In this document: in pieces, positions 37,328 through 47,523 of the stretch
How positions within the stretch are numbered: the first letter of the stretch is position 1
Layout: each line of letters opens with the position of its first letter
DNA from: Accumulibacter sp.
GTDB lineage: Bacteria > Pseudomonadota > Gammaproteobacteria > Burkholderiales > Rhodocyclaceae
Reading direction: 5' to 3'
Length of the DNA: 64,000 bases
NCBI RefSeq assembly: GCF_023806565.1
Contig: NZ_JAMTDV010000114.1
Span: 6,057-70,056, forward strand
The notes under the pieces: model-generated
What the model was told of the DNA's origin: nothing
Seen by the model: the letters and a program-made list of their open reading frames with translations, nothing else
The model's database searches: none
Position numbers and translations under genes: made by a program

Positions 37328-38116
37328 TTACGGCCGGCCGCGGTGCGGGCGCAGGCGGGCGGCCGGGTCCTGGCGATAGAAACGGGCGAACTGATCGTAG
37401 AGCTCAGGATATGCACTGCGCAGTGTCGCTGGAGTCTCAAAGAATGCCTCGCTCATGACGGCGAAGAACTCGCCCGGATTTTCGCTGGCGTAAGGGTCGA
37501 ACTGCGCTTCCCGGCCGAGCGCTTCGGCCGTGTCCACGCGCTCGCAGAAATCGTGGTAGCTGGTTTCCAGGATGCGCTGCCAGTGGCTGCGCGGGATGTC
37601 CGGCGGTAGCGGCGGGATGCCGTCGGTTTCGCCATCGAGCATGTCGAGCTTGTGGGCAAACTCGTGGATGACGACGTTGTAGCCGCTGCCGGCCATCTGC
37701 GCGTCGCGCCACGAAACCAGCAATGGCCCTCCGCTCCAGGCTTCTCCGGAAGCGAGCTCCTGATACTCATGAACGACGCCGAATTCATCCTCGACGCTGC
37801 GCGGGATGAGGAACTCGTCGGCGTAGACCACTACCCCTACCCAGCCGCGGTAATAATCGAGGCCGAGTTCGAGGATCGGCAGGCAACCCTGCGCGGCGAT
37901 CGAGACGCAGATCTCGTCGGAGAGCGTGAGCCCGCCGGCGGCGGCAAACTCCTTCTCGGCCAGGAAATCTTCGGCGAGGTGACGCAGTCGGTTCTGCTCC
38001 GCGTCGTCGAGCGCGGCGAGAAAAGGCAGTGCCGAGACCACCGACTGCCAAAGGCAATCCGGTATCGGTGCCGGTTCCCGGCGACCACGCAACCAGCCGA
38101 GCAACTTGCCGATCAT
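37328..38116 (-). CDS. mtfA: MtfA-family zinc-dependent peptidase (M90)
   Basis: I moved the start to ATG 38116 (MIGKLLGWLRGRRE). It has the HEXXH motif VIHEFAHKLD and a downstream EFFAVMSEAFF. Confidence 0.85.
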   Translation of the reverse strand: MIGKLLGWLRGRREPAPIPDCLWQSVVSALPFLAALDDAEQNRLRHLAEDFLAEKEFAAAGGLTLSDEICVSIAAQGCLPILELGLDYYRGWVGVVVYADEFLIPRSVEDEFGVVHEYQELASGEAWSGGPLLVSWRDAQMAGSGYNVVIHEFAHKLDMLDGETDGIPPLPPDIPRSHWQRILETSYHDFCERVDTAEALGREAQFDPYASENPGEFFAVMSEAFFETPATLRSAYPELYDQFARFYRQDPAARLRPHRGRP

Positions 38117-38405
38117 GCCGCCTCGACGGCCGGCGGCGCAGCCACGGTCCGGCCGACTCGGCTGCCCATCGGCTCGATTCGAGGGCACTGACCGGCTTGT
38201 GGATGGTCGGCGAGGGGGACCGGAGAAAACATCGTTGCGCAGCGCGTTGGGCGGACTTCGCGGCTGACCCTGCCGTACCTGGGCAGCCGCCGCTGCGCAA
38301 CCGGCTGCGGCGGCTGATGGCATTGCAGGGGATCGGGCATGGCCGGCGAGAAACACGGAAAGGAGCATTATGCACGAAGCTTGGGCCTGACCTTATAATG
38401 GGCCG

Positions 38406-40631
38406 ATGGTCTCGGTCATTCATTCGGTCGCTGCGCAGAGCGACCTGGAACAGTCCCTGGCGACGCTCGCGGAAGGGCTTTCCACAACCGAAGTCGATCG
38501 GCTCCGGCTGGCCGTCGATTTCGCGCGAGGGAGCTACGCTGGCGGTCTGCTCGGCAGTGGCGAAACAATCTGGGGGCATGCCCTGGGAATGGCACTGGTC
38601 GTCGCCGGCCTCAAGCTGGACGCCGATGCCCGTGTGGCAGCACTGCTCTTCGCCGTGCCGGCGCAGCACGAACATGGTCTGGCTCGCGTCGAGCGCGATT
38701 TCGGTCACAGTGTCGCGCAACTCGTCGGCGGAATTTCACGGCTGAACCGCATGCGCCCGATCACGCGCGGCTTCGTCGCGCATTCCGTCGACAGCAGCGA
38801 CAAGAATCCGCACGAGATGAAAGCGCAGATCGAAGTCCTGCGCAAGATGCTGCTGGCGATGGTCGAGGACATCCGCGTCGTCTTGCTGCGCCTGGCTTCG
38901 CGCACACAGACCCTGCGCCACTTCGCGATTGCTCCCAATGAACTGCGGGTGTCGGTGGCGCGCGAGACGCTCGAGCTTTATTCGCCGCTGGCCAACCGGC
39001 TCGGTGTCTGGGAACTGAAGTGGGAGCTGGAGGACCTTTCCTTCCGCTTTCTCCATCCGGCGATCTACAAGGAAATTGCGCAGCATCTCGACGAGAAGCG
39101 CACCGAGCGCGAACAGTTCATCGGTCAGGCAATCGCCATCGTGCGGCGTGAACTCGAGGTTGCCGGTGTCGTCGGCGCCGAGATCTACGGCCGTCCCAAG
39201 CACATCTACAGCATCTGGAACAAGATGCGGAAGAAGGATGTCCCGTTTTCCGAGGTGTACGACGTGCGTGCGCTACGCATCATCGTCGACCAGGTGAAGG
39301 ATTGCTACACCGCTCTGGGGGTCGTGCATCACATCTGGTCGCCGATCGCCAAGGAGTTCGACGACTATATTACGCACCCCAAGGGCAATCACTACCGTTC
39401 GCTGCATACCGCCGTGCACTGCGCCGACGGGCGCGCAATCGAGGTGCAGATTCGCACGCGCGAGATGCACAGCCACGCCGAGTTGGGGGTCGCTGCGCAT
39501 TGGCGCTACAAGGAAGGAAGCAGGGCAGCGCCGGAAGATCGCTACGATGAGAAGATCGCCTGGTTGCGACAGCTCCTGGCCTGGCGCGACGAAGTTGGCG
39601 GTTCGTCGGACTGGGTCCGGCACTATAAGCAGGCGGCGTTTGACGAGACGGTGTACGTCCTGACGCCGCAGGGCAGGGTCATCGACTTGCCGCGCGGTGC
39701 GACGCCGGTCGATTTCGCCTATCGAGTGCACACCGACATCGGACACCGCTGTCGCGGCGCCAAGGTCGACGGGGCGCTGGTGCCGCTCAATACACCACTG
39801 AGCACCGGCCAGCGCGTGGAGATCATTCTCGCGAAGCACGGAGGTCCGTCACGTGACTGGCTGAATCCCTCGCTGGCCTACCTGTTCACCCATCGCTCGC
39901 GGCTCAAGGTGAGGCAATGGTTCGCCAGTCTGGCGCTCGAGGATACCCTCGCCGAGGGGCGCTCCGTGGTCATTCGCGAATTGCAGCGGATGGGCCAGGC
40001 CGGGATCAATCTCGACGATCTTGCCGCGCGACTAGGTTTTGCGCGCAGCGACGATCTGTTCATCGCCGTCGCGCGCGCCAAGCTCAACATGCGCCAACTG
40101 CAGGTGGCGGTGCGTGGCAGCGAGATGCCGGTCGACGAGCGCGTGCTCGGCGATGTGCCGGTGCGCAGGCAGCGGGAGAGTGACGTTGCGGAGAAGGGAA
40201 TTCTCATCGTCGGCGTCGGTCGCCTGCTGACCCAGCTCGCAGGTTGCTGCAAACCGGCTCCGCCCGACGAGATCATCGGCTTCGTCACGCGCGGCAAGGG
40301 AGTCTCGGTGCATCGCGCCGACTGCAGCAACTTCTCGAACATGCAGACGATGCATCCCGAGCGGGTGATCGAAACGACCTGGGGTGGCCGTACCGACGGC
40401 GTCTTTGCCGTCGATCTGGTGATCGACGCCTACGACCGGCAGGGCCTGCTGCGTGATGTGTCGGACGTCCTCGCGCGCGAAAAAATCAATGTGATCGCCG
40501 TCAACACCCAGTCCAGGCAGGGCAACGCGCACATGCGCTTCACCGCCGAAGTCGGCAGCATTCCGCAACTCAACCGCACCCTGACCCTGCTGCACGAGGT
40601 CCACGGCGTCGTCGGTGCGCGCCGCGCCTGA
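38406..40631 (+). CDS. relA: GTP pyrophosphokinase RelA ((p)ppGpp synthetase I)
   Basis: 741 aa. The HD hydrolase motif is degenerate (WGHALGMALV...ALLFAV, no HD pair). Synthetase motifs YGRPKHIYSIWNKM and YRSLHT are present, with TGS and ACT-like C-terminal domains. Confidence 0.9.
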   Translation: MVSVIHSVAAQSDLEQSLATLAEGLSTTEVDRLRLAVDFARGSYAGGLLGSGETIWGHALGMALVVAGLKLDADARVAALLFAVPAQHEHGLARVERDFGHSVAQLVGGISRLNRMRPITRGFVAHSVDSSDKNPHEMKAQIEVLRKMLLAMVEDIRVVLLRLASRTQTLRHFAIAPNELRVSVARETLELYSPLANRLGVWELKWELEDLSFRFLHPAIYKEIAQHLDEKRTEREQFIGQAIAIVRRELEVAGVVGAEIYGRPKHIYSIWNKMRKKDVPFSEVYDVRALRIIVDQVKDCYTALGVVHHIWSPIAKEFDDYITHPKGNHYRSLHTAVHCADGRAIEVQIRTREMHSHAELGVAAHWRYKEGSRAAPEDRYDEKIAWLRQLLAWRDEVGGSSDWVRHYKQAAFDETVYVLTPQGRVIDLPRGATPVDFAYRVHTDIGHRCRGAKVDGALVPLNTPLSTGQRVEIILAKHGGPSRDWLNPSLAYLFTHRSRLKVRQWFASLALEDTLAEGRSVVIRELQRMGQAGINLDDLAARLGFARSDDLFIAVARAKLNMRQLQVAVRGSEMPVDERVLGDVPVRRQRESDVAEKGILIVGVGRLLTQLAGCCKPAPPDEIIGFVTRGKGVSVHRADCSNFSNMQTMHPERVIETTWGGRTDGVFAVDLVIDAYDRQGLLRDVSDVLAREKINVIAVNTQSRQGNAHMRFTAEVGSIPQLNRTLTLLHEVHGVVGARRA

Positions 40632-40702
40632 GCTGGTTCCTGTCCGCCCGCGGTTGCACCGCCCACCAGTGCTCCGTCAGGCGGGAACGCACAAACCCCT
40701 CG

Positions 40703-42823
40703 TCAGGACTGCAGCAGTTCGATCAGTTCGGTCTGCGAGGCGTGCGGGCTGGTGCGAGAGCCGCGTCGCTGGTGGTAGCTGCCGTCAGGGCCAAGTTCCC
40801 AGGCCAGCACATTGTCGCTCAGGTAGATCTGCAGACCTTCGTTGATCACCCGCCGTTTGAGCTTGCGGTCGAGCACCGGGAAAGCAAGTTCGATCCGCCG
40901 GAAGAAATTCCGCTCCATCCAGTCGGCGCTCGACAGATACACCTTTTCCTCGCCACCGGCGTAGAAATAGAACACCCGGTGATGCTCCAGCTGGCGGCCG
41001 ATGATCGAGCGGACGCTGATGTTTTCCGAGAGATCCTTGACTCCCGCGCGCAGGCCACAGACGCCGCGCACGATGAGATCGATCTTGACCCCGGCCTGCG
41101 AGGCCTCGTATAGCGTGGCGATGGTTTCCGGTTCGAGCAGCGAGTTCATCTTGGCGATGATGCGCGCGCGCTTGCCTGCACGCGCCGCTTCGGCCTCGGC
41201 GCGAATCGCTGCGACGACGTTTGGTTGCAGCGTGAACGGTGCCTGCCAGAGATGTGTCAGCGTCTGCGCGCGGCCGAGGCCAGTGAGCTGCTTGAATACT
41301 TCGTTGGTATCGGCGCCGATCTCCTCGTTGCAGGTCAGCAGGCCAAAGTCGGAGTAGAGGCGGGCGGTCTTCGGGTGATAGTTGCCGGTGCCGAGGTGCA
41401 CGTAGCGCCGCAGCAGGCTGCTGCCGGCCTTGCCTTCCTCTCGGCGGACGATCATCAGCATCTTGGCATGGGTCTTGTAGCCGACCACGCCATAGACGAC
41501 ATGCGCGCCGACCTCTTCCAGCTTGGTCGCCCAGCCGATGTTGGCCTCTTCGTCGAAGCGCGCCATCAGCTCGACGACGACGGTGACTTCCTTGCCGTTC
41601 TGCGCCGCGCGCAGCAGCGACTGCATCAATACCGAGTCGGTGCCGGTGCGATAGACGGTCATCTTGATGGCCACCACCTGCGGGTCGTCCGCCGACTGTT
41701 CGAGCAGATCGATCACCGGATTGAAGCTCTGGTAGGGATGGTGCAGGAGGATGTCGCCGCCGCGGATGCTGTCTACCACGCTGTGGCATTTCTGCAGGGC
41801 TTTCGGTATTCCCGGGGTGAACGGCACGAACTTGAGGTCATTGCGCACGACCCAGTCGGGTACCTGCATCAGGCGAACGAGATTCACCGGGCCTGCCACC
41901 CGGTAGAGGTCGCTTTCGGTGAGGTTGAACTGTCCGAGCAGGAACTGGGTCATCGCTTCGGAGCAACTGTTTGCCACCTCGAGGCGGACGGCGTCGCCGA
42001 AGTGGCGCTGCGGCAACTCGCCCTGGATCTTTGCGCGCAGATTCTTGACCTCTTCCTCGTCGACGAAAAGGTCGCTGTTGCGCGTCACCCGGAACTGGTA
42101 GCAGCCGAGCACCTTCATGCCGGCGAACAGTTCGTGCACGAACTCGTGCAGGATCGAAGAGAGGAATACGAAGGAGTATTCGGCTTCGCCGAGTTCGCGC
42201 GGCAGCCTGATCACGCGCGGCAGGACGCGCGGCGCCTGGACGATGGCAGCACCGGAGCTGCGACCGAAGGCGTCGCGACCTTCCAGCTCGACGGCGAAGT
42301 TGAGACTCTTGTTGAGCACGCGCGGGAACGGGTGCGACGGATCGAGCCCGATCGGGGTGATCACCGGCATCACTTCGCGGAAGAAGAAGTCGCGAATCCA
42401 TTCCCGCTGGTCGACGTTCCAGTCGCCACGCTTGAGGAAGCGAATCCCTTCGGCGGCAAGCTGCGGCAGGATTTCATCGTTGAGCAGCGCGTACTGTTCC
42501 TTGACAATGGCATGCACCTCGTCGCTCACCAGGCGATAGACTTCCCGTGCCGTCTTGCCGTCGGTGGTGATCGCCACCGAGTTCAGCTTGAGCTGTTCCT
42601 TGATGCCAGCCTCGCGAATCTCGAAGAATTCGTCCAGATTGCTGCTCACGATGCACAGGAAGCGAAGCCGCTCGAGCAAGGGAGTACGCGGGTTTTTCGC
42701 CTGCCACAGGACACGCCGATTGAAAGCCAGCAGGCTCATTTCACGATTCTGGAAATACTCGGGCGGGAAGCCCGTGGCAGGCTGGGGGGGCGGCATTTCG
42801 GTGGTGGTGGCGACTATGTTCAT
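40703..42823 (-). CDS. ppk1: Polyphosphate kinase 1
   Basis: ORF 40703..42889. I moved the start to ATG 42823 (MNIVATTTEM...YFQNREMSLLAFNRRVL). PPK1 motifs are present throughout, including YKTHAKMLMIVR (phospho-His) and HLGTGNYH. Confidence 0.93.
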   Translation of the reverse strand: MNIVATTTEMPPPQPATGFPPEYFQNREMSLLAFNRRVLWQAKNPRTPLLERLRFLCIVSSNLDEFFEIREAGIKEQLKLNSVAITTDGKTAREVYRLVSDEVHAIVKEQYALLNDEILPQLAAEGIRFLKRGDWNVDQREWIRDFFFREVMPVITPIGLDPSHPFPRVLNKSLNFAVELEGRDAFGRSSGAAIVQAPRVLPRVIRLPRELGEAEYSFVFLSSILHEFVHELFAGMKVLGCYQFRVTRNSDLFVDEEEVKNLRAKIQGELPQRHFGDAVRLEVANSCSEAMTQFLLGQFNLTESDLYRVAGPVNLVRLMQVPDWVVRNDLKFVPFTPGIPKALQKCHSVVDSIRGGDILLHHPYQSFNPVIDLLEQSADDPQVVAIKMTVYRTGTDSVLMQSLLRAAQNGKEVTVVVELMARFDEEANIGWATKLEEVGAHVVYGVVGYKTHAKMLMIVRREEGKAGSSLLRRYVHLGTGNYHPKTARLYSDFGLLTCNEEIGADTNEVFKQLTGLGRAQTLTHLWQAPFTLQPNVVAAIRAEAEAARAGKRARIIAKMNSLLEPETIATLYEASQAGVKIDLIVRGVCGLRAGVKDLSENISVRSIIGRQLEHHRVFYFYAGGEEKVYLSSADWMERNFFRRIELAFPVLDRKLKRRVINEGLQIYLSDNVLAWELGPDGSYHQRRGSRTSPHASQTELIELLQS

Positions 42824-43034
42824 GGATTCGTTCCGTCGGAAAGGATGGCTCGGGAAAGGGTGAATTGCGGACGAGCATATTACAACCATCGCTCGCGTGC
42901 TTGTAGCCCGGGGACCGCTTTTCTCGGTCTACGAATTCGAGCCGTTCCCGGTCACGGTAATGATGCGTCTTTCGCCAATGCTAAAATGACTGGCCTGAAA
43001 AGCACTCTTCGCCGTAAGGTCGAAAAGAAACCCT

Positions 43035-44567
43035 ATGAGCTACGAACTAATTGCCGGTGTCGATCTCGGTTCCAACAGTTTCCGCGTGCAGATCGGACGC
43101 ATCGTCGGCGACCAGATTCATCCGCTCGATACGCTGAAGGAGACGGTTCGGCTCGGTTCGGGTCTGACCCGCGAAAAGCTTCTCGACCATGCCTCGCAAC
43201 AGCGGGCGATCGAGACCCTGCGCCGTTTTGGCGAACGGCTGCGCGGTTTTGATCGGGAAACGGTCCGTGCAGTGACCACCGACGCGATGCGGGTGGCGAG
43301 GAATTCGCGCATGGTTCTGCTGCAGGCGGAAGCAGCTCTCGGGTTTCCGATCGAGATCATCGGCGGCCGCGAGGAGGCGCGCCTGATCTTCATCGGCGCC
43401 GCCAACGCATTGCCGCCAGCCAGTCACCGCCGCCTGGTGGTCGACATCGGCGGTGGTTCGACCGAATTCATCATCGGCGAGCGGACCGAGCCGCTGCTGA
43501 TGGAGTCGCTGTTCATGGGCGGCATCAGCTATCGGCAGCGCTTCTTCCCCGAGGGCAGGGTGGACAAGAAGCGCTTCTACGCAGCCGAGGTGTCCGCTGC
43601 GCGCGAGGTCGAAGCGATCGCCGTAGACTATCAGCGCTTCGGCTGGCAGGAAGCGGTGGGGTCTTCCGGTTCGGCACAGGAAATTGCGACGATTCTGGAA
43701 TCGAACGATCTCAACCCCGATGGCGGTCGCGGCATCAGTCGGGAAGGTCTGAGCAGGCTACGCCAGCTCCTCATCCGGGCCGGCTCGGCCGAGGCGCTGA
43801 ACCTCAAGGGGATGCGGGACGAACGCTACATGATCCTGCCGGGTGCCATCGCGATCATGTCGGCCGTGTTTTCCGAACTGGCCATCGAGCACATGACCTA
43901 CTCCGATGGCGCGCTGCCGCTCGGCGTCCTCTACGATCTGCTCGGGCGCTTCGAGCATCACGACACGCGCGACGAGACCGTCGGTCAGTTCATGCGCCGC
44001 TACCAGGTTGACGAGATGCAGGTCCGGCGCGTCGAGCGGACCGCCTTGCTGCTTCTCGGGCAGATGATCAAGCTCGATTCGCCTGAGCACGAGAACGATG
44101 TTCACTTTCTGCGATGGGCCGTTTCCCTTCACGAAATCGGCGTTTCGGTGGCGCATACCGAGTTCCACAAACACGGTGCGTACATTCTGGGACACGCCGA
44201 CATGCCGGGGTTTTCCAAACGCGACCAGGCGCGCCTCGCGCTGCTGGTGCTGGGCCAGCGCGGCAAGCTGCAGAAGCTCGCCTCGATGCCGGCGGGTGAC
44301 CCGAACTGGCGCCTGGTCTTTTGTCTTCGCCTGGCAGCGCTGTTGCATCGCGCGCGCGAAGATCAGGCGTTGCCCGAACTGGCGGTCAGGGAGTCGCCGG
44401 TGGGTTTTCAGCTCGACGTACCGGTCGACTGGCCGGATGCCAATCCGATGACTGCCGCCGCACTGAACGACGAAACACTGCTCTGGCGACGCATCGGCAT
44501 CAAGGTGAAGATCAGGCCGGTTCCCGATGAGGAGGCGGTACAACTGGAGCTGTTGCGGAAATCGTAG
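43035..44567 (+). CDS. ppx: Exopolyphosphatase / guanosine pentaphosphate phosphohydrolase (Ppx/GppA family)
   Basis: AGVDLGSNSFRVQIG and DIGGGSTEF (ASKHA fold), with a C-terminal HD-like region. It is divergent from ppk1. Confidence 0.9.
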   Translation: MSYELIAGVDLGSNSFRVQIGRIVGDQIHPLDTLKETVRLGSGLTREKLLDHASQQRAIETLRRFGERLRGFDRETVRAVTTDAMRVARNSRMVLLQAEAALGFPIEIIGGREEARLIFIGAANALPPASHRRLVVDIGGGSTEFIIGERTEPLLMESLFMGGISYRQRFFPEGRVDKKRFYAAEVSAAREVEAIAVDYQRFGWQEAVGSSGSAQEIATILESNDLNPDGGRGISREGLSRLRQLLIRAGSAEALNLKGMRDERYMILPGAIAIMSAVFSELAIEHMTYSDGALPLGVLYDLLGRFEHHDTRDETVGQFMRRYQVDEMQVRRVERTALLLLGQMIKLDSPEHENDVHFLRWAVSLHEIGVSVAHTEFHKHGAYILGHADMPGFSKRDQARLALLVLGQRGKLQKLASMPAGDPNWRLVFCLRLAALLHRAREDQALPELAVRESPVGFQLDVPVDWPDANPMTAAALNDETLLWRRIGIKVKIRPVPDEEAVQLELLRKS

Positions 44568-44624
44568 CGGGCCGCCCGCAATCGGGCGGGCGAACAGAGA
44601 CCAACTGCATGCGGCGAGAGGCGA

Positions 44625-45788
44625 ATGGGAACAATCGGTCACGCAAGGGTTGTCGATGCGGATACGGAAGCGGGGCCGGAATCGGCTACGGTGGACGCCG
44701 TCGACCATGCCGACTCGCGGCAGATCCGGCTCGCCGGAGACTGGACGCTGTCGACGATGCCGACGCCGATTGCTGCATTCGAGCGGCGACTAAGCGAGCT
44801 GCGCGCGAGCAGCGCGGGATGGGACCTGCGCTCGATCTCGCGCATGGACAGCGCCGGTGCAATCGTGCTCTGGCGCGCCTGGGGGAGGCAGTGGCCGGTG
44901 TCGCTGCTGGTTTCTCCCGGGCACCGGGCGATGCTCGAACGGGTCGAGCCGATCCGCCTTGCGGTCGAACCGCCACGGCAGCGCGACCGGCTGGCCGGGG
45001 TGCTCAGCCTGGGGCGAGCGACTGTGGCTGCCGCCGACCACCTCCTCGGGATGATCGCACTGGTCGGGCAACTGGTTCTCGACGTCGCCTATCTGTGCAC
45101 GCGGCCGCGCGACCTGCCATGGCGCGAGTTCTCGGCCAACCTGTACCGCAGCGGTGCGCAGGCGCTTCCGGTGACCGCGCTGATCGGCTTTCTCATCGGC
45201 ATCGTTCTCTCCTACCTCAGCGCCCTGCAACTCAAGGCCTTCGGTGCCGACGTCTTCATCGTCAATCTGCTGGGCATCAGCATCGTGCGCGAACTCGGCC
45301 CGGTGCTGGTCGCGGTACTCGTCGCCGGCCGCTCCGGATCGGCGATGACCGCCCAGATCGGCGTCATGCGGGTGACCGAGGAGATTGACGCACTGGCGAC
45401 GATGGGTGTCTCGCAAAGTCAGCGCCTGGTGCTGCCCAAGGTGCTTGCGCTCGCGGTGGCGTTGCCGTTGCTGGTGATCTGGTGTTCGGCGGCAGGAATC
45501 GTCGGTGGCATGGTTTCCGCGAAGCTGCAGATGGATTTGGCCTACGGCTTCTTCATCGACACGCTGTCGCGGGTCGTACCGGTGGCCAACGTCTGGATCG
45601 GTTTGAGCAAGGGCTTGGTATTCGGCCTGCTGATCGCGCTCATCGCCTGTCATTTCGGTCTCCGGGTCAAGCCGAACACCGAAAGTCTGTCGGCGCTGAC
45701 AACCACTTCGGTGGTCACCTCGATCACCGTCGCGATACTCGTCGACGCGGTTTTCGCGGTCATGACGCGAAACTTAGGGATCCCGTAG
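44625..45788 (+). CDS. MlaE-family ABC permease with a roughly 120-aa N-terminal STAS-like extension
   Basis: The C-terminal 260 aa is MlaE-like (VRELGPVLVAVLVAGRSGSAMTAQIGVMRVTEEIDAL). The N-terminal region (IRLAGDWTL...MDSAGAIVLWRAW) resembles an anti-sigma antagonist/STAS fold. The start is uncertain. Confidence 0.82.
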   Translation: MGTIGHARVVDADTEAGPESATVDAVDHADSRQIRLAGDWTLSTMPTPIAAFERRLSELRASSAGWDLRSISRMDSAGAIVLWRAWGRQWPVSLLVSPGHRAMLERVEPIRLAVEPPRQRDRLAGVLSLGRATVAAADHLLGMIALVGQLVLDVAYLCTRPRDLPWREFSANLYRSGAQALPVTALIGFLIGIVLSYLSALQLKAFGADVFIVNLLGISIVRELGPVLVAVLVAGRSGSAMTAQIGVMRVTEEIDALATMGVSQSQRLVLPKVLALAVALPLLVIWCSAAGIVGGMVSAKLQMDLAYGFFIDTLSRVVPVANVWIGLSKGLVFGLLIALIACHFGLRVKPNTESLSALTTTSVVTSITVAILVDAVFAVMTRNLGIP

Positions 45789-46585
45789 TGAGCGGGCCGC
45801 CTGATGCCTGCCCGAAGGAGCCGCCAGCGATCGAGATTCGCGGCTTGTGGACGCAGTTTGGCGACCAGATCATTCACCGCGGCATCGATCTTGAGGTCGA
45901 GGCAGGTCAGATGCTCGGCCTGGTCGGTGGCTCGGGCAGCGGCAAGACGACCTTGCTGCGCGAGATCGTCGGCCTGCTGGCACCCAACCGGGGGACGGTC
46001 AGGCTCTTTGGCCAGGCGGTACTCGATCCCGACCCGCAGCGTCGTCGCGCACTGCATCGTCGCTTCGGCATGCTCTTTCAGCAGGGAGCACTCTTCTCTG
46101 CACTCTCGGTGCATGACAACATTGCCTTTCCGCTGCGCGAACTGCACATGCTCGACGAGTCGATGATCACCGATCTGGTACTCCTCAAGCTCGCCATGGT
46201 CGAGCTCGAGCCACGACACGCGCGCATGATGCCCGCCGAACTGTCGGGTGGCATGGTCAAGCGGGTGGCGCTGGCGCGCGCCCTGTCGCTGGAGCCCGAG
46301 CTCCTGGTGCTTGATGAGCCGACCGCCGGTCTCGACCCCGATCGCAGCGAGAACTTCGTCAGGCTGCTCCGCATGCTGCAGAGGGAACTCGGTTTCACGG
46401 TGGTGATGGTGACGCACGACCCCGAGACGCTGGCCGGCCTGGCCACACGCCTTGCCGTGCTCGCCGATCAGCGACTGGTCGCCTGCGGCAGCGCCGCCGA
46501 GGTGTGTGCTGTCGATCACCCGTTCATCCGCAACTTCTTCAGCTCCGGGCGTGCTGCGGCAGCTATCCGGCAGGAGGCGAACTAG
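45788..46585 (+). CDS. ABC transporter ATP-binding protein (MlaF-like)
   Basis: GTG 45788 overlaps the permease stop by 1 nt (taGTG). Walker A GGSGSGKTT, signature LSGGMVKRVALARAL, Walker B LLVLDEPTAGLD. Confidence 0.88.
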   Translation: MSGPPDACPKEPPAIEIRGLWTQFGDQIIHRGIDLEVEAGQMLGLVGGSGSGKTTLLREIVGLLAPNRGTVRLFGQAVLDPDPQRRRALHRRFGMLFQQGALFSALSVHDNIAFPLRELHMLDESMITDLVLLKLAMVELEPRHARMMPAELSGGMVKRVALARALSLEPELLVLDEPTAGLDPDRSENFVRLLRMLQRELGFTVVMVTHDPETLAGLATRLAVLADQRLVACGSAAEVCAVDHPFIRNFFSSGRAAAAIRQEAN

Positions 46586-46587
46586 CC

Positions 46588-47523
46588 ATGGAAAACCGTG
46601 CGCATGCCCTGACGGCAGGGCTTTTCACCCTCCTTCTCGGTCTCGCGGGAGCGCTCTCGATCTGGTGGTTTGGTGGCCGACACGAAGCGACGACGGATTA
46701 CACGGTAGTTACTCGCCGCAACGTCACCGGCCTCAGCCTGCAGGGGCAGGTACGCTATCGCGGTATCCGGGTCGGCAAGGTGCAGGCGATTGAACTCGAT
46801 CCGCAGGATGCGCGCAACATCCTGATTCGCATCAGCGTGGACAGTGGCGTGCCGCTTACCCGTGCGACCATCGCCAGGCTCGGTTACCAGGGGGTGACCG
46901 GTATTGCCCACGTTCTGCTCGAGGACAGCGGCGACAACCCGACGCGTCTCACGGGCGGTGACGACGGTGCGCGCATCGAGATGAAGCCGTCCCTGATCGA
47001 GGAGCTGTCGGACACTGGCGGGGACGCTCTCGGCCAGGCGCGAGACTTCCTGGTCAGCGCCAATCATGTGCTCGACCTCGAGAATCGGCAGCATCTGGCA
47101 AGGATTCTCGCCAACCTGGAGGCAGCCAGCGGCAACGCCAATGAGGTAACGGTTCAGCTTCGCCAATTGCTCTCGCCGGAGAATATTCAACGGTGGCACG
47201 CCATCCTCGCGCACGCCGAACGGGCAGCCGCCGAGGCAGCGCCACTGCTTGCCGAATCGCGTTCCTTGCTGGCGCGCTGGCAGCCGATCGGCGACAGGGT
47301 CGAGCGCCTGATCGGCGAGCCGGCACCCGGTGGCATCGCGACCCTGGTTTTTCACTTCAACGAAGTCGCCAGCGACCTGTCGGCGAACTCGCGACAGCTT
47401 GATCGCTTGTTGCAACTGCTCGAACAATCGCCACAGAGTTTCCTGTTTGGCCCTCCACGGCGCGCTGCCGGGCCTGGTGAGGCAGGTTTTCGGGCGCCGC
47501 CCGGCGAAGGAGGAGCACCATGA
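46588..47523 (+). CDS. MlaD/MCE-domain substrate-binding protein
   Basis: ATG 46588 (MENRAHALTAGLFTLLLGLAG TM anchor). MCE domain: GLSLQGQVRYRGIRVGKVQAIELD. Confidence 0.85.
   Translation: MENRAHALTAGLFTLLLGLAGALSIWWFGGRHEATTDYTVVTRRNVTGLSLQGQVRYRGIRVGKVQAIELDPQDARNILIRISVDSGVPLTRATIARLGYQGVTGIAHVLLEDSGDNPTRLTGGDDGARIEMKPSLIEELSDTGGDALGQARDFLVSANHVLDLENRQHLARILANLEAASGNANEVTVQLRQLLSPENIQRWHAILAHAERAAAEAAPLLAESRSLLARWQPIGDRVERLIGEPAPGGIATLVFHFNEVASDLSANSRQLDRLLQLLEQSPQSFLFGPPRRAAGPGEAGFRAPPGEGGAP

Noticed and set aside
42824-43034. Pho box (PhoB binding site) in the divergent ppk1/ppx intergenic region.
   Set aside because: I found no convincing pair of CTGTCAT-like 7-mers with 4-nt AT-rich spacing. 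The region only has generic AT-rich stretches, such as GCTAAAATGACTGG. A PWM scan would be needed.
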